In this document: piece by piece, positions 22,246-32,659 of the stretch
How the letters are laid out: every line of letters starts with the position of its first letter
Numbering within the stretch: position 1 is the stretch's first letter
NCBI GenBank assembly: GCA_045863395.1
Contig: BTVJ01000012.1
Span: 84,367 to 148,366, forward strand
Length of the DNA: 64,000 nt
Direction of reading: 5' to 3'
Source: Myxococcales bacterium
Lineage (GTDB): Bacteria > Myxococcota_A > UBA9042 > JABWCM01 > BTVJ01
The notes under the pieces: generated by a model
Database searches by the model: none
The model's input: only the letters and a program-made list of their open reading frames with translations
Told to the model about the DNA's origin: nothing
Program-made: the position numbers and the translations under genes

Positions 22246-23253
22246 TCAGCCCAGGCGGGCGATGAGCTGCAGGGCGTCGACGCAGCGGTTGGCGTACCCC
22301 CACTCGTTGTCGTACCAGGTGAGGATGCTGGCCAGCTTGTCCCCCACCATGAAGGTGGACTGGGCGTCGAAGATGGAGGACGCCGGGTTGCCCACGATGT
22401 CCAGATGCACGATGGGCTCGTCGGTCACCTCCAGGATGCCGCGCAGCGGCCCCGCAGCCGCCTCGACCATCGCCCGGTTGATCTCCTCCGCCGTCGTGGC
22501 CTTCTCCAGGTTGACGGTCAGGAAGACGCAGGAGCCGTCCGGCACCGGCACGCGCAGCGCCGAGCCGTGGAGCTTGCCCTTGAGCGCGGGCAGGACCAGA
22601 CCCACGGCCTTGGCCGCCCCGGTGCTGGTTGGGACGATGGCGGCCGCACCGGCGCGCGCCCGGCGGAGGTCCTTGTGGGGCGCGTCCAGGATGTTCTGGT
22701 CGTTCGTGTAGGCGTGGATGGTCGCCATGGTGCCGTTGACGATGCCGAAGGAGTCGTGGAGCACCTTGGCGACGGGCGCGAGGCAGTTGGTCGTGCAGGA
22801 CGCGTTGGAGATCACCAGGTGCTCCCGCGTCAGGGTGTCGTCGTTGACGCCCATGCAGATGGTGGCGTCGACCTCCTTGCCGGGAGCGCTGATCAGCACG
22901 CGCCGCGCCCCGGCCTCCAAGTGGAGACCGGCGTCCTTGCGAGAGACGAAGCGGCCCGTGGACTCGAGGACCACGTCGACCCCCAGCGCGCCCCAGGGGA
23001 GCGCGGCCGGCGACTTCTCGGCGAACAGCGGGATGGCGCGGCCGTTGACGACGACGGCGCCGTCGCCGGCCTCGACGTTCCCAGGGAACCGGCGGTGGAT
23101 CGAGTCGTACTTGAGCAGGTGTGCGAGGGTGCGTGCGTCGGTCAGGTCGTTGAGGGCGACGATCTCGATGTCGTCGTGGCCTCCCTCGACGATGGCGCGG
23201 AGCGCCAGGCGGCCAATGCGACCAAACCCGTTGATTGCCAGCTTCAGCGTCAT
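22246..23253 (-). CDS. gap: Type I glyceraldehyde-3-phosphate dehydrogenase
   Basis: INGFGRIGR, SNASCTTNCLAP, PTSTGAAKAV, WYDNEWGY. Confidence 0.98.
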   Translation of the reverse strand: MTLKLAINGFGRIGRLALRAIVEGGHDDIEIVALNDLTDARTLAHLLKYDSIHRRFPGNVEAGDGAVVVNGRAIPLFAEKSPAALPWGALGVDVVLESTGRFVSRKDAGLHLEAGARRVLISAPGKEVDATICMGVNDDTLTREHLVISNASCTTNCLAPVAKVLHDSFGIVNGTMATIHAYTNDQNILDAPHKDLRRARAGAAAIVPTSTGAAKAVGLVLPALKGKLHGSALRVPVPDGSCVFLTVNLEKATTAEEINRAMVEAAAGPLRGILEVTDEPIVHLDIVGNPASSIFDAQSTFMVGDKLASILTWYDNEWGYANRCVDALQLIARLG

Positions 23254-23325
23254 GATGTGCCTCCCAGTCCGTGTGCCTGGCCCTTGGAGGGTGTAGCCAC
23301 AATGCCCCCTCCGCGAGCCCGGCCC

Positions 23326-23353
23326 ACGATAGCACATCACCCCCCGGCGTCAA
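23326..23353 (-). promoter_or_regulatory. Candidate sigma70 promoter of gap
   Basis: TTGACG-N16-TATCGT with an extended -10 TG. Confidence 0.5.
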
Positions 23354-23378
23354 CGCGTGGCCGCCCCCGCGAGCGCGG

Positions 23379-24050
23379 TCAGTACCGCCCGCGTCCCCGC
23401 ACCAGGACTCCGAACGTCATCCACATGATGCGCAGGTCGAGAGCCCAGGAGCGGTTCTCGACGTAGTGAAGATCATACTCGACGTGCTCGTGCATGGGCG
23501 CGTCGGGCGGACCCATCACCTGCCACCACCCGGTGAGCCCAGGGCGAACCTCGTGGCGCCGGTGCTGCCACGTCTCGTACCGCGCGACGATGTTCGGCAG
23601 CTCGGGGCGCGGCCCGACCAGCGACATGTCGCCACGGACGACGTTCCAGAGCTGCGGCAGCTCGTCGAGAGCGGTACGTCGCAGGAACCTCCCGAAGCGC
23701 GTCACCCGGGGGTCGATGCGGGTCTTGTGTGAGCGCCGGCGACACGCAAAGTCGATGTCCGACTGGCGGTTGCGCCGGTCTCCCCGCATCGTCTTGAGCT
23801 TGAACATCTTGAAGGGCTCACCGCCCCTCCCGATGCGGTCATGGGTGAAGATGGGCCACGACCGCTGCGTGACGAGGATGGAGACGCAGAGTACGAGCAT
23901 CAGCGGCGACAAGACGAACATGACCGCCAGGGCCACCGACGTATCGAACACTCGCCTTGTCATCTCGTAGAGGGTCGACGAGGCAGCCGACGGCTGCTCG
24001 ATGGAAGGTGTCTCCACTGTGAACATCGTGCTGTCTGCTCCCAGGTGCAT
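23379..24050 (-). CDS. Polyprenyl glycosylphosphotransferase (bacterial sugar transferase, WcaJ/PglC-like catalytic domain)
   Basis: RRVFD, one TM segment, FKLKTM, DPRVTRFGRFLRRTALDELPQLWNV, MSLVGPRP, PGLTGWWQV. Confidence 0.9.
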   Translation of the reverse strand: MHLGADSTMFTVETPSIEQPSAASSTLYEMTRRVFDTSVALAVMFVLSPLMLVLCVSILVTQRSWPIFTHDRIGRGGEPFKMFKLKTMRGDRRNRQSDIDFACRRRSHKTRIDPRVTRFGRFLRRTALDELPQLWNVVRGDMSLVGPRPELPNIVARYETWQHRRHEVRPGLTGWWQVMGPPDAPMHEHVEYDLHYVENRSWALDLRIMWMTFGVLVRGRGRY

Positions 24051-24162
24051 GTCTCTGCCTCCCGCGAGCACGGTGCCGGGGAGGGCTCGGCGCTCCTCCT
24101 CATCGGCTCCGCGTGGCAAAACCAAAGGGTCAATTTCAATCTCGACCAGAGGCGCCATGCCG

Positions 24163-25848
24163 CTAGCCGTCCTGACGAGTACCAGTCAAGCCACGATCAT
24201 GGGGGACGTCCACACCATGGGCCCGCGCGAAGGCGACCGCCTCCGGGTAGCCCGCGTCGGCGTGGCGCAGCACTCCCATGGCCGGGTCGCTGGAGAGGAC
24301 CCGCTCCAACCGAGCAGCAGCGGCCTCTGTCCCGTCCGCGACGATCACCACGCCCGCGTGGATGCTGTAGCCCATACCGACGCCGCCTCCGTGGTGCACG
24401 CTCACCCAGCTCGCGCCGTTCACCGCGTTGATCAGGGCGTTGAGGATCGGCCAGTCCGCGATGGCGTCGCTGCCGTCACGCATCCCTTCCGTTTCGCGGT
24501 TCGGGCTGGCGACGGAACCACAGTCCAAATGGTCGCGTCCGATGACGATGGGCGCCTTGACCCGCCCCTCGCGCACGAGCTGGTTGAACGCCAGCCCCGC
24601 GCGCGCTCGCTCTCCGTAGCCAAGCCACGCGATGCGCGCCGGGAGGCCCTGGAACTGGACGCGCTGCCCTGCCAGGTCGATCCAACGGCAGAGGTGCTCG
24701 TTGTCGGGGAACAGCTCCTTCACCACCCGGTCGGTCTCGCGGATGTCCTGGGGGTCACCGGAGAGCGCCACCCACCGGAACGGCCCCTTGCCCTCGCAGA
24801 ACAGGGGGCGCACATAGGCCGGGACGAAGCCCGGGAAGTCGAAGGCGTCGGCCACGCCCTCGTCGAAGGCCATCTGGCGCAGGTTGTTGCCGTAGTCGAA
24901 GACGTGGCTGCCGGCCGCCTTCAGGGACAGCATGGCTCGGACATGCGTCGCCATGGAGGACATGGATCGGCGCCGGTACTCGTTTCGGTCATCGGCCCGC
25001 AAGCGCAGCGCAGCCTCGAGCGTCATGCCATGGGGCACGTAGCCCCCCACGGGATCATGGGCGCTGGTCTGGTCCGTCACGAGATCGGGGACGACCCCGG
25101 CCTCGACGAGGGCGGGGAGCATGTCTGCTGCGTTGGCGTGGAGCGCGATGGAGAGCGCCCTGCCCTCGCGCTGTGCCCGCGCGGCCCGGCGCAGCGCGTC
25201 GTCCAGGCTGCTCGCCTGCTCGTCGCAGTAGCCGGTCTCCAGACGGCGCCGGATGCGCCCCTCGTCGACCTCGGCGGCGATGCAGACGCCGTTGCACATG
25301 GTGACGGCGAGGGGCTGGGCGCCACCCATGCCGCCCAGGCCCGCAGTGACGACCAGGCGGCCCCTCAGGTCGGAGCCGAAGTGCTGGCGCGCCGCTGCCG
25401 CGAAGGTCTCGTAGGTCCCCTGCAGGATCCCCTGGGTGCCGATGTAGATCCACGAGCCCGCGGTCATCTGGCCGAACATGGTGAGGCCCTTGGCCTCCAG
25501 CTCCCAGAAGTGGTCCCAGGTGGCCCAGCGCGGCACCAGGAGCGAGTTCGCCAGGATGACGCGCGGCGCGTCCGGGTGGCTGCGCAGGACGCCCACGGCC
25601 TTGCCGGACTGTACGAGCAGCGTCTCGTCGTCGCCGAGGCGACGCAGCGTGTCGATGAGGGTGAGCAGCGCGTCGGGGCTCCGCGCGGCCTTGCCCGTGC
25701 CCCCGTAGACCACGAGGCGCTTCGGATCCTCCGCGACGGCGGGATCCAGGTTGTTGAGGAGCATCCGCAGAGCCGCCTCTTGCACCCACCCACGGCAGGT
25801 CACCTCGGACCCTCGGGGCGCGCCAATGAGGATTGACTCCAGGTCCAT
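24163..25848 (-). CDS. hutU: Urocanate hydratase
   Basis: [52 protein letters not shown]. Confidence 0.98.
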   Translation of the reverse strand: MDLESILIGAPRGSEVTCRGWVQEAALRMLLNNLDPAVAEDPKRLVVYGGTGKAARSPDALLTLIDTLRRLGDDETLLVQSGKAVGVLRSHPDAPRVILANSLLVPRWATWDHFWELEAKGLTMFGQMTAGSWIYIGTQGILQGTYETFAAAARQHFGSDLRGRLVVTAGLGGMGGAQPLAVTMCNGVCIAAEVDEGRIRRRLETGYCDEQASSLDDALRRAARAQREGRALSIALHANAADMLPALVEAGVVPDLVTDQTSAHDPVGGYVPHGMTLEAALRLRADDRNEYRRRSMSSMATHVRAMLSLKAAGSHVFDYGNNLRQMAFDEGVADAFDFPGFVPAYVRPLFCEGKGPFRWVALSGDPQDIRETDRVVKELFPDNEHLCRWIDLAGQRVQFQGLPARIAWLGYGERARAGLAFNQLVREGRVKAPIVIGRDHLDCGSVASPNRETEGMRDGSDAIADWPILNALINAVNGASWVSVHHGGGVGMGYSIHAGVVIVADGTEAAAARLERVLSSDPAMGVLRHADAGYPEAVAFARAHGVDVPHDRGLTGTRQDG

Positions 25849-25931
25849 GGGGCGCTGCGTCTCCTTCGCCACTGGCCGACAGATCAACGAGTTCGACCTA
25901 CCCTAGCGAGCGGCGATGGTCAGAGCAACGC

Positions 25932-26309
25932 TCAAGTTCCAGAGCTTCGCAACCGAAGCCCGCGGAGGTTACCCACGAGAGCGCCGAGGAACGCCCCGAC
26001 GCCGTCCGCCACCACGTCCCCCCAACTCGGCAGACGGCCTGGGACCGTTGACTGGTGAGCCTCATCGATGGCCCCCCACACCACGGCGAGCAGCACGGCC
26101 AGGGCAGCACGCCGACGTCCGGCGCCCAGCGCGCGGACCAGGAGCCACGCGAGCGCGCCGAAGATCACCGCATGGAGGACCTTGTCCAGATGGGGGATCG
26201 AGAGAGGAAGCGCGGGGACCGCAGAGCGGCTGGAGAGGAACCAGATGAGCCCGGCCCACGCAACGACCGGCCCCCAACGGAGCACGACGCCTGTCCGGAC
26301 CGTGGTCAC
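25932..26309 (-). CDS. VanZ family membrane protein
   Basis: DKVLHAVIFG, DEAHQSTVPGR, DVVAD. GTG start overlaps the upstream stop. Confidence 0.85.
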   Translation of the reverse strand: MTTVRTGVVLRWGPVVAWAGLIWFLSSRSAVPALPLSIPHLDKVLHAVIFGALAWLLVRALGAGRRRAALAVLLAVVWGAIDEAHQSTVPGRLPSWGDVVADGVGAFLGALVGNLRGLRLRSSGT

Positions 26310-26893
26310 ATCTTGTACTTTCCGAAGTCGTCGGGCGCGAGCTTCTCGAGCAGCTCGCGCCACTGCTCCGTGTCGCCGGGATTGGGCCCGCCCTCTGGAA
26401 CGAAGAGGACGCGGGGGCTCCCCTCCTCGGTCCTGGCGCCCTCGGTCGGTTCAACGCCATCCTCGCTCGGGCCATCCGGCTCCTCGGCCTGGGTGCTGCC
26501 CGACAGGGCGAGGACGTGGCGCGCGACGTGGATGGGGGCACCGGCGCGCAGCGCCAGGGCGATGGCGTCAGAGGGCCGGCTGTCGATCTCGACGACCCGG
26601 TCACCCTGCTGCACGAACAGGGACGCGAAGAAGGTGTTGTCCCGCAGGTCCGTAACCTCGATGCGAAGGAGCTTCCCGCCGAGGCTGCCCAGCACGGACT
26701 TGAGCAGGTCGTGGGTCATGGGGCGCGCGAGCTGCACACCCTCGATCTGGGCCGCGATGGCGCTCGCCTCCATGAGGCCGATGTAGATGGGCAGCACCGT
26801 GTCGCCGCCCTCCTCGCGGAGCACGAGGACGGGTGTGCGGGTCGTGCTGTCGATGCTGAGCCCTGCGATGGTCATCGGGACGGTGCTGGACAT
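26306..26893 (-). CDS. Bifunctional nuclease family protein (DUF151)
   Basis: LPIYIGLMEA, RPMTHDL, IDSRPSDAIALA, C-terminal DFGKYKM. Confidence 0.92.
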   Translation of the reverse strand: MSSTVPMTIAGLSIDSTTRTPVLVLREEGGDTVLPIYIGLMEASAIAAQIEGVQLARPMTHDLLKSVLGSLGGKLLRIEVTDLRDNTFFASLFVQQGDRVVEIDSRPSDAIALALRAGAPIHVARHVLALSGSTQAEEPDGPSEDGVEPTEGARTEEGSPRVLFVPEGGPNPGDTEQWRELLEKLAPDDFGKYKM

Positions 26894-26911
26894 GGCGACG
26901 CGGTGCCTCAT

Positions 26912-28318
26912 CTAGTGGAGGGGAGCGAGCTCCCCGGCCAGCGAATGTGGGAGGGCTCGGGTGACGTGAACGTTCACCACGCTGCCGACCAGCCCGGCGA
27001 CTCCAGAGTCGGCCCCCCAGCCCTTGGCAGCGAGCGCGGAGATGGGGGTCGAGAAGTTGACGACGATGTTGGTCCGGGTCCGCCCCATGAGCTGCGCGCC
27101 CAGCCCCGGCATCACCCTCGCGTGCCGGCTCGGCCCCTCGACGAGCACCTCAGCCACCGTGCCCTCGTAGGCGACCATGCGGTCGCGTGTGATGGCGTCC
27201 TGCAGCGCCTGCACCTGAGCCAGGCGCTCGGACTTCAGCTCCTCCGGAACATTGTCTGTCAGGCGAGACGCCGACGTCCCGGGCCGCTCAGAGTACTTGA
27301 AGGAGTAGATCGCGTCAAAGCGCACCTCCCGCAGCAGATCGAGCGTCGCCTGGTGCTGCTCCTCGGTCTCGCCGGGAAAGCCCACGATGATGTCCGTGGA
27401 CAGGGCGATGCCGGGGCGCGCCTCCCGCAGCCTCCGCAGGCGGTCACGGTAGTCGTCGATGGAGTAGCCCCGGCGCATCTTGCGGAGCATGGTGTCCGAC
27501 CCGCTCTGCACCGGCAGGTGGAAGTACTCGCACAGCTCCGGGATGCGCCCGTCGAAGGCGGCGATCAGCTCGTCGGTGCAGTCGACCGGGTGGCTGGTCG
27601 TGAAGCGCACGCGCTCGATGCCCGGGACGGCGGCGACGCGCGCCAGCAGCTCGGGGAACCTCGCCTCCCCCTCCCGGTCGAGCCCGTAGGAGTTGACGTT
27701 CTGGCCGAGCAGCATCACCTCACGGACCCCGCCCTCGGCCAGGCGGCGCGCCTCCTCTACGACCAGCTCCGCGGGCTTGGACACCTCGCGGCCTCGGGTG
27801 AAGGGCACGATGCAGAAGGAGCAGAACTTGTTGCACCCCTTCATGACCGTGAGCATGGCGGTGACCTGGCGCTCGCCGTCCTGGGGCTCCAGGGGGACCC
27901 ACTCATAGCTGCGCCGGTTCGCGAACTTCGTGTGCGACCTCCGGCCATCGCCCTGCCGCACCGAGCTGAGGAGCGCCGGGAGCTCCCCGATGTTGTCCGT
28001 GCCAAACACCAGGTCCAGGTAGGGGACCTTCGCCAGGAGCCGCTCCCCCTCCTGGGTGGCGACGCACCCGCCGACGCCGAGCAGCAGCTCGTCGTTGTAC
28101 TCCTTCAGGCGGTGGAAGCGCCCGAGGGCGGAGAGCATCTTGTGCTCGGCCTTGTCCCGCACGGAGCAGGTGTTGAGAAGGATCAGGTCGGCTCGGGTGG
28201 GATCGTCGGTCGGCGTGTAGGACAGGGGGCGGAGCACCTGGTAGATGCGCTCCGTGTCATACACGTTCATCTGGCAGCCGAACGTCTGCACGAACACGTG
28301 TCGCTGCTCGCCGGGCAT
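26912..28318 (-). CDS. miaB: tRNA-2-methylthio-N6-dimethylallyladenosine synthase MiaB
   Basis: TFGCQMNVYD, NTCSVR, radical SAM motif CNKFCSFC, LLGQNVNSYG, TRAM domain. Confidence 0.96.
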   Translation of the reverse strand: MPGEQRHVFVQTFGCQMNVYDTERIYQVLRPLSYTPTDDPTRADLILLNTCSVRDKAEHKMLSALGRFHRLKEYNDELLLGVGGCVATQEGERLLAKVPYLDLVFGTDNIGELPALLSSVRQGDGRRSHTKFANRRSYEWVPLEPQDGERQVTAMLTVMKGCNKFCSFCIVPFTRGREVSKPAELVVEEARRLAEGGVREVMLLGQNVNSYGLDREGEARFPELLARVAAVPGIERVRFTTSHPVDCTDELIAAFDGRIPELCEYFHLPVQSGSDTMLRKMRRGYSIDDYRDRLRRLREARPGIALSTDIIVGFPGETEEQHQATLDLLREVRFDAIYSFKYSERPGTSASRLTDNVPEELKSERLAQVQALQDAITRDRMVAYEGTVAEVLVEGPSRHARVMPGLGAQLMGRTRTNIVVNFSTPISALAAKGWGADSGVAGLVGSVVNVHVTRALPHSLAGELAPLH

Positions 28319-28415
28319 GTCTCCTCCTTGGGGGCGCGGGACGGGAACCCTACCACCCGGCCGAGCGCCGCTCAAGGGTGGCGCCCTTGGCGTGCACGAC
28401 CTATGCTCTGGCTCC

Positions 28416-28943
28416 ATGGACACGCTCACCGGCACTCCCATGCTGCCCACGACCCTGGCCGCCATCATCGAGGGCGTCGCGCGCGGCAGGGAGCACCTGG
28501 ATCGGAACTTCGTGCGCGAGCTCTGCGCGTGGCTGAACGAGCACGGTGACCGCTTGCGGTTGGGGCTCGTCACGCGACTGGGCCTCAGCGACGTCGTGGT
28601 CACCCTGCACGTGAGGGACCGGGTCCGCCTGGTGGTGACGGGCACGCTCGATGGCGCTCCGGGGGAGGTGACCGTGGGCGTCGACGAGCGGGACTTCCCC
28701 TTCGTGGAGGTGGACCTGTCGACGCATCTGGAGGCCCCCTACACCTTCTGCACCCTCGACTTCGGGCCCCGGGGCCGCAGCGTCCGCCTGGTCGCCTCCT
28801 CCGAGGATGTCGGCGACCCGATCGGCACGAGGGGGCTCTGCCAGGTGGTGTCGACCCACGGGGACCGGACCTTCGTTCGCGTCGAGGTGGAGGGGCGGGT
28901 GTCGCTGTGGCCCGCCGAGATCGCCGCCTTCGACGACGGGTGA
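28416..28943 (+). CDS. Hypothetical protein
   Basis: Fills the gap divergent from miaB. Protein-like composition and GC3-biased codons; no recognised family. Confidence 0.6.
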   Translation: MDTLTGTPMLPTTLAAIIEGVARGREHLDRNFVRELCAWLNEHGDRLRLGLVTRLGLSDVVVTLHVRDRVRLVVTGTLDGAPGEVTVGVDERDFPFVEVDLSTHLEAPYTFCTLDFGPRGRSVRLVASSEDVGDPIGTRGLCQVVSTHGDRTFVRVEVEGRVSLWPAEIAAFDDG

Positions 28944-28955
28944 ACCCCGAGCTGC

Positions 28956-29933
28956 CTACCGCTGCCCGGTGAGCTCCAGGAACTCCGGATCCGAGCGGAT
29001 GGAGCGGAAGTCGGGGTCCTTCGGCGCCTTCCCCAGCTTGTCCGTGGCCGCGGCAGTGCCCAGAGCCCGCAGGCGCCGGAGGGTTGCCAGCGCAGCGGTC
29101 CGCTTGCCCGCCAGAGCCTCCATGCACGCCAGGTTGTAGACCGCCGTCTCGAACGTGGGGGCCAGCGCGACCGCCTCCGCGTACCGCTCCTGGGCCTTCA
29201 GGTGGTCGCCCCGCTTGTAGGCGCGAAAGCCGAAGCCGTTGAGGGTGCGCGCCAGGCTGGCCGCGTCAACCCTCGCGCGCGGCTGCCGGCTGGCCTGCGT
29301 CACCCGCAGCACGACCGGCTCCCAGCGGCGCGCGCCGTCGGCCTCGGCCATGGCGCGAGAGCCCGTGACGACCGCATAGGCGTCGCCGGGCGCCCAGGAC
29401 ACGACCGCGGCGTAGGCGTTGGTGCCCATGTCGGTGCGGAGGGCTGCCGCATACTTGAGCTTGCGGAGACCGAGGGCGTCAACGAGGAACAGGGTGATCA
29501 TGCCCTCCTTCTCGTCGTCCACCCCCACGTAGCGGGTGCCATCGCGGCTCATGCCACCGCGGTGAGGCTGAGCGTCCAGCGCGTGGCGCTGGAGCAGCCC
29601 GGCGACCTCCGGCGTCCCGTCCGCGGCCCTCTCGAAGACCTCAGGGACGCAGGACGCGCCGGAGCCGTCGATGGTCGCCTGCTCCAGGACTTGACCCACC
29701 CGATCCCGGACCTCCAGAGAGGTGGCGTCCGTGTTCATGTCGCAGACGCCGAGCAGGATGCGGGCGCCGTCCGACGAGAACCGCAGCAGGGCAGAGTACT
29801 CGCCGCTGTCCGCCTCGGCGCGCGCGGGCGGGTGCGCAGCCAGGGCGGCCAGGGCGACGAGCGCACCGACCACGAGCCGTAGGCGTCGCGCCTTACTCCG
29901 AGCGGGGTGAGAACCTGGTCGAGTCCCGGCCAT
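28956..29933 (-). CDS. Secreted protein with C-terminal TPR
   Basis: Signal peptide; TPR pattern LNGFGFRAYKRGD...YNLAC...DPDFRSIRSDPEF. Confidence 0.75.
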   Translation of the reverse strand: MAGTRPGSHPARSKARRLRLVVGALVALAALAAHPPARAEADSGEYSALLRFSSDGARILLGVCDMNTDATSLEVRDRVGQVLEQATIDGSGASCVPEVFERAADGTPEVAGLLQRHALDAQPHRGGMSRDGTRYVGVDDEKEGMITLFLVDALGLRKLKYAAALRTDMGTNAYAAVVSWAPGDAYAVVTGSRAMAEADGARRWEPVVLRVTQASRQPRARVDAASLARTLNGFGFRAYKRGDHLKAQERYAEAVALAPTFETAVYNLACMEALAGKRTAALATLRRLRALGTAAATDKLGKAPKDPDFRSIRSDPEFLELTGQR

Positions 29934-30090
29934 GGCGCCGATGGTATCAGAGGGCCACCCCCCTTCGCACCACCAAGCGCTCGCCGACGCGAGAGACGGA
30001 TACCACGGGAGCGATGACGGGGCCTCCAACATGGGATGGCGCGCTCACCGTGGTTGGTTGTAGGCTGCCCGACACAGAGAGGAGGAGCAC

Positions 30091-30756
30091 ATGAGCGACA
30101 GGACACTGGGCCACCTTCACCGCCACCACGGCGACTTCCACGACTTCCGCGACCGCATGCTCGAATCGCACGGCGGGCGCTTCGACGCGGTGTTCTGGGG
30201 TGTCTGGGACCGGTGGGTGCACCCGGGGCTGCCGGTCGAGGCGCGGCTCCTCGACCTGGGGACTGGACCCGGCGGGCTGCTCCGCGACCTCGCGAAGCGC
30301 TACCCGAGCGCGCACATCGTGGGTGTCGACGTCCAGCCGGCCATGCTGGAGGCGGCGCAGCACCTCTCGAGCGAGCTGGGGCACCGAACGCGGGTGATCA
30401 CCGCGGACGTGTCGCGCCCACCCATCGACGAGCTGAAGGCGGGCCACTTCGACGCCATCGTGCTGTCCATGGTGCTCCACGAGATGCACGTGCCCCAGAA
30501 CGCCCTGGCCGAGGCGCGGCGGCTGCTCGCCCCCGAGGGGCGGGTCGTGGTGTATGACTGGATTCGCCATGATCTGCGCCGCTACGTGGAGGGAGCGCTC
30601 GACGGGACGGAGGAGCAGATCCTCCACTTCGCCGAGCACTGCCGGTATACCCCGGAGGACTACCTGTTCCTGGCGGAGAGCGCAGGCCTCGTCCCAGTGG
30701 AGGTCCTGACGCGCAGATCCGGCGCCAACGTGCTCATGGTGCTGCGCAGCGCGTGA
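30091..30756 (+). CDS. Class I SAM-dependent methyltransferase
   Basis: LLDLGTGPG, VGVD, FDAIV...LHE, LAPEGRVVV. RBS GGAGGAG. Confidence 0.88.
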   Translation: MSDRTLGHLHRHHGDFHDFRDRMLESHGGRFDAVFWGVWDRWVHPGLPVEARLLDLGTGPGGLLRDLAKRYPSAHIVGVDVQPAMLEAAQHLSSELGHRTRVITADVSRPPIDELKAGHFDAIVLSMVLHEMHVPQNALAEARRLLAPEGRVVVYDWIRHDLRRYVEGALDGTEEQILHFAEHCRYTPEDYLFLAESAGLVPVEVLTRRSGANVLMVLRSA

Positions 30757-30828
30757 CGCTCGCGCGCTGGACAGACGGCCTCGGACGTGGCAAACGACCC
30801 GGAGTGGTCCCCACGTGCGGAGGAGCCC

Positions 30829-32376
30829 ATGTCGAGCGCGGGTTGGGAGCGGCAGGCTGGGGCGCTATTGCCCGTGTTCTCCATGGCGGGGCGCCGGTCC
30901 TGGGGGGTGGGCGAGTTCGGAGACGTTCCCACCGTGTGCGGGTGGCTCCGGGCCGCCGGCCACCGTCTGCTCAACATCCTGCCCATCAACGAGGCCGCCC
31001 TCGGCCAGGAGAGCCCCTACTCTGCGCTCTCCGCCTTCGCGCTGGACCCGGTGTACATCACGGCGGAGCACCTGATCGACCTGCGCGCGGCGGGCGGCAT
31101 ACCCGCTCTCGGCGACGAGGTGGCGCGCACGGTGGCCTGGGCCCGGGAGCAGCCGATCGTCGACTGGGGCGCCGTGCGCTGGCTCAAGGACAAGGCCCTG
31201 CGCCTCGCGTGGGAGCGCTTCCGCGCCGAGGAGCTGCGCGCAGGCACCGCGCGGGCAGCGGACTTCTCCGCGTGGCGCGCGCAAGAGGCGACCTGGGTGG
31301 ACACCTACGCCCTCTTCCGCGCCCTCAAGGACGCCTGCGCCCCCAAGCCCTGGTGGGAGTGGGACGCGCCGCTGCGCGAGCGGCGGCCTGCCGCCTTGGC
31401 TGACGCCGCCGGGGACCTCGCGGAGCAGATACACTACCATGCCTGGGTCCAGTGGGTCGCCGACCGCGAGTGGGCGACCGTTCGGGCGGAGGCAGCCCGG
31501 ACGGGGGTCCGTATCATGGGCGACCTGCCCTTCATGGTCGCGACGGACAGCGCAGACGTCTGGGAGCGCCAGAGCGAGTTCCGCATGGACGCAGAGGTGG
31601 GCGTCCCGCCTGACGCCTTCTCCGAGACAGGGCAGCGCTGGGGACTGCCCGCCTACGACTGGCCCGTGATCCGCCGGGGCGGCTACGCGTGGCTCCGACT
31701 GCGGGCCGCGCGGGCCGCCGCCCTCTACGACCTCTATCGGGTGGACCACGTGGTCGGCCTCTACCGCACCTGGTCCTTCCCCGCGGACGGGAGCCCACCG
31801 GGCTTCGAGCCGTCGGAGCCAGAGGAGCAGCTCGCCCACGGGGAGCGGGTCATGGAGGCGCTCGGGGGCGCCGGGCGCGTCGTCGCGGAGGACCTGGGCG
31901 TCATACCGGACTTCGTCCACGAGTCCCTCGCGCGCCTCGGGATCCCGGGCTACCGGGTCATCCGCTGGGAGGTGGAGGAGGACGGCGTCTTTGTCGACCC
32001 CGCCACGTACCCTGCCCTGTCGCTGGTCACGACCGGTACCCACGACACGGAGACCGCTCGCGGCTGGTGGGAGGAGTTGCCCGAAGCCGAGCGTGCTGCC
32101 TTTCGCGCGATCCTGCCACCCCTCCCGGATGCGCCGACGTGGAGCGAGGTGTCTGGCGCCCTGCTCTGCGCCATCTACGAGGCGCCCAGCGTCCTGGCCG
32201 TGATCCCGTGGCAGGACCTGTTCGGCCTGACCGACCGCATCAACACCCCGGGCACCTTCGGAGCGCACAACTGGACGTGGAAGCTCCCCGTCCCGGTGGA
32301 GGAGGTCGCCACGGCTCCTGCACTCCTCCAGCGGGCTGCGGAGCTGCGTGCGCTGGCTGAGCAGTCTGGCCGCTGA
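30829..32376 (+). CDS. malQ: 4-alpha-glucanotransferase (amylomaltase, GH77)
   Basis: SPYSALS, GDLP, GVPPDAFSETGQRWGLP, RVDH, AEDLG, THD, RINTPGT, NWTW. Confidence 0.95.
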   Translation: MSSAGWERQAGALLPVFSMAGRRSWGVGEFGDVPTVCGWLRAAGHRLLNILPINEAALGQESPYSALSAFALDPVYITAEHLIDLRAAGGIPALGDEVARTVAWAREQPIVDWGAVRWLKDKALRLAWERFRAEELRAGTARAADFSAWRAQEATWVDTYALFRALKDACAPKPWWEWDAPLRERRPAALADAAGDLAEQIHYHAWVQWVADREWATVRAEAARTGVRIMGDLPFMVATDSADVWERQSEFRMDAEVGVPPDAFSETGQRWGLPAYDWPVIRRGGYAWLRLRAARAAALYDLYRVDHVVGLYRTWSFPADGSPPGFEPSEPEEQLAHGERVMEALGGAGRVVAEDLGVIPDFVHESLARLGIPGYRVIRWEVEEDGVFVDPATYPALSLVTTGTHDTETARGWWEELPEAERAAFRAILPPLPDAPTWSEVSGALLCAIYEAPSVLAVIPWQDLFGLTDRINTPGTFGAHNWTWKLPVPVEEVATAPALLQRAAELRALAEQSGR

Positions 32377-32659
32377 ACCCAGAATCCCGGCGCTTCTGCC
32401 TCTGCGCGGGGCTGTAGGCCTGCATGGGGTGACTCACTGCGTCGCCGGCCCTCCATTCGGTCAACAGCGACCCGTGAAGGGAGCTTCAGGCCAATTGCGG
32501 GCAGAAATCGTCGCCCACGGGGAAAGTCATCAAAACCTCCCGGAGGGCGTGACTTTCGTTGCGAATCCGCGCCCCTGTGTGCTATACGGCTTGCGATTCC
32601 GGCGCCCCCCCGGGGGGTTGCCCTTGCGCGCATGTCACTCGGACGGAGGTCTTCGGTCG

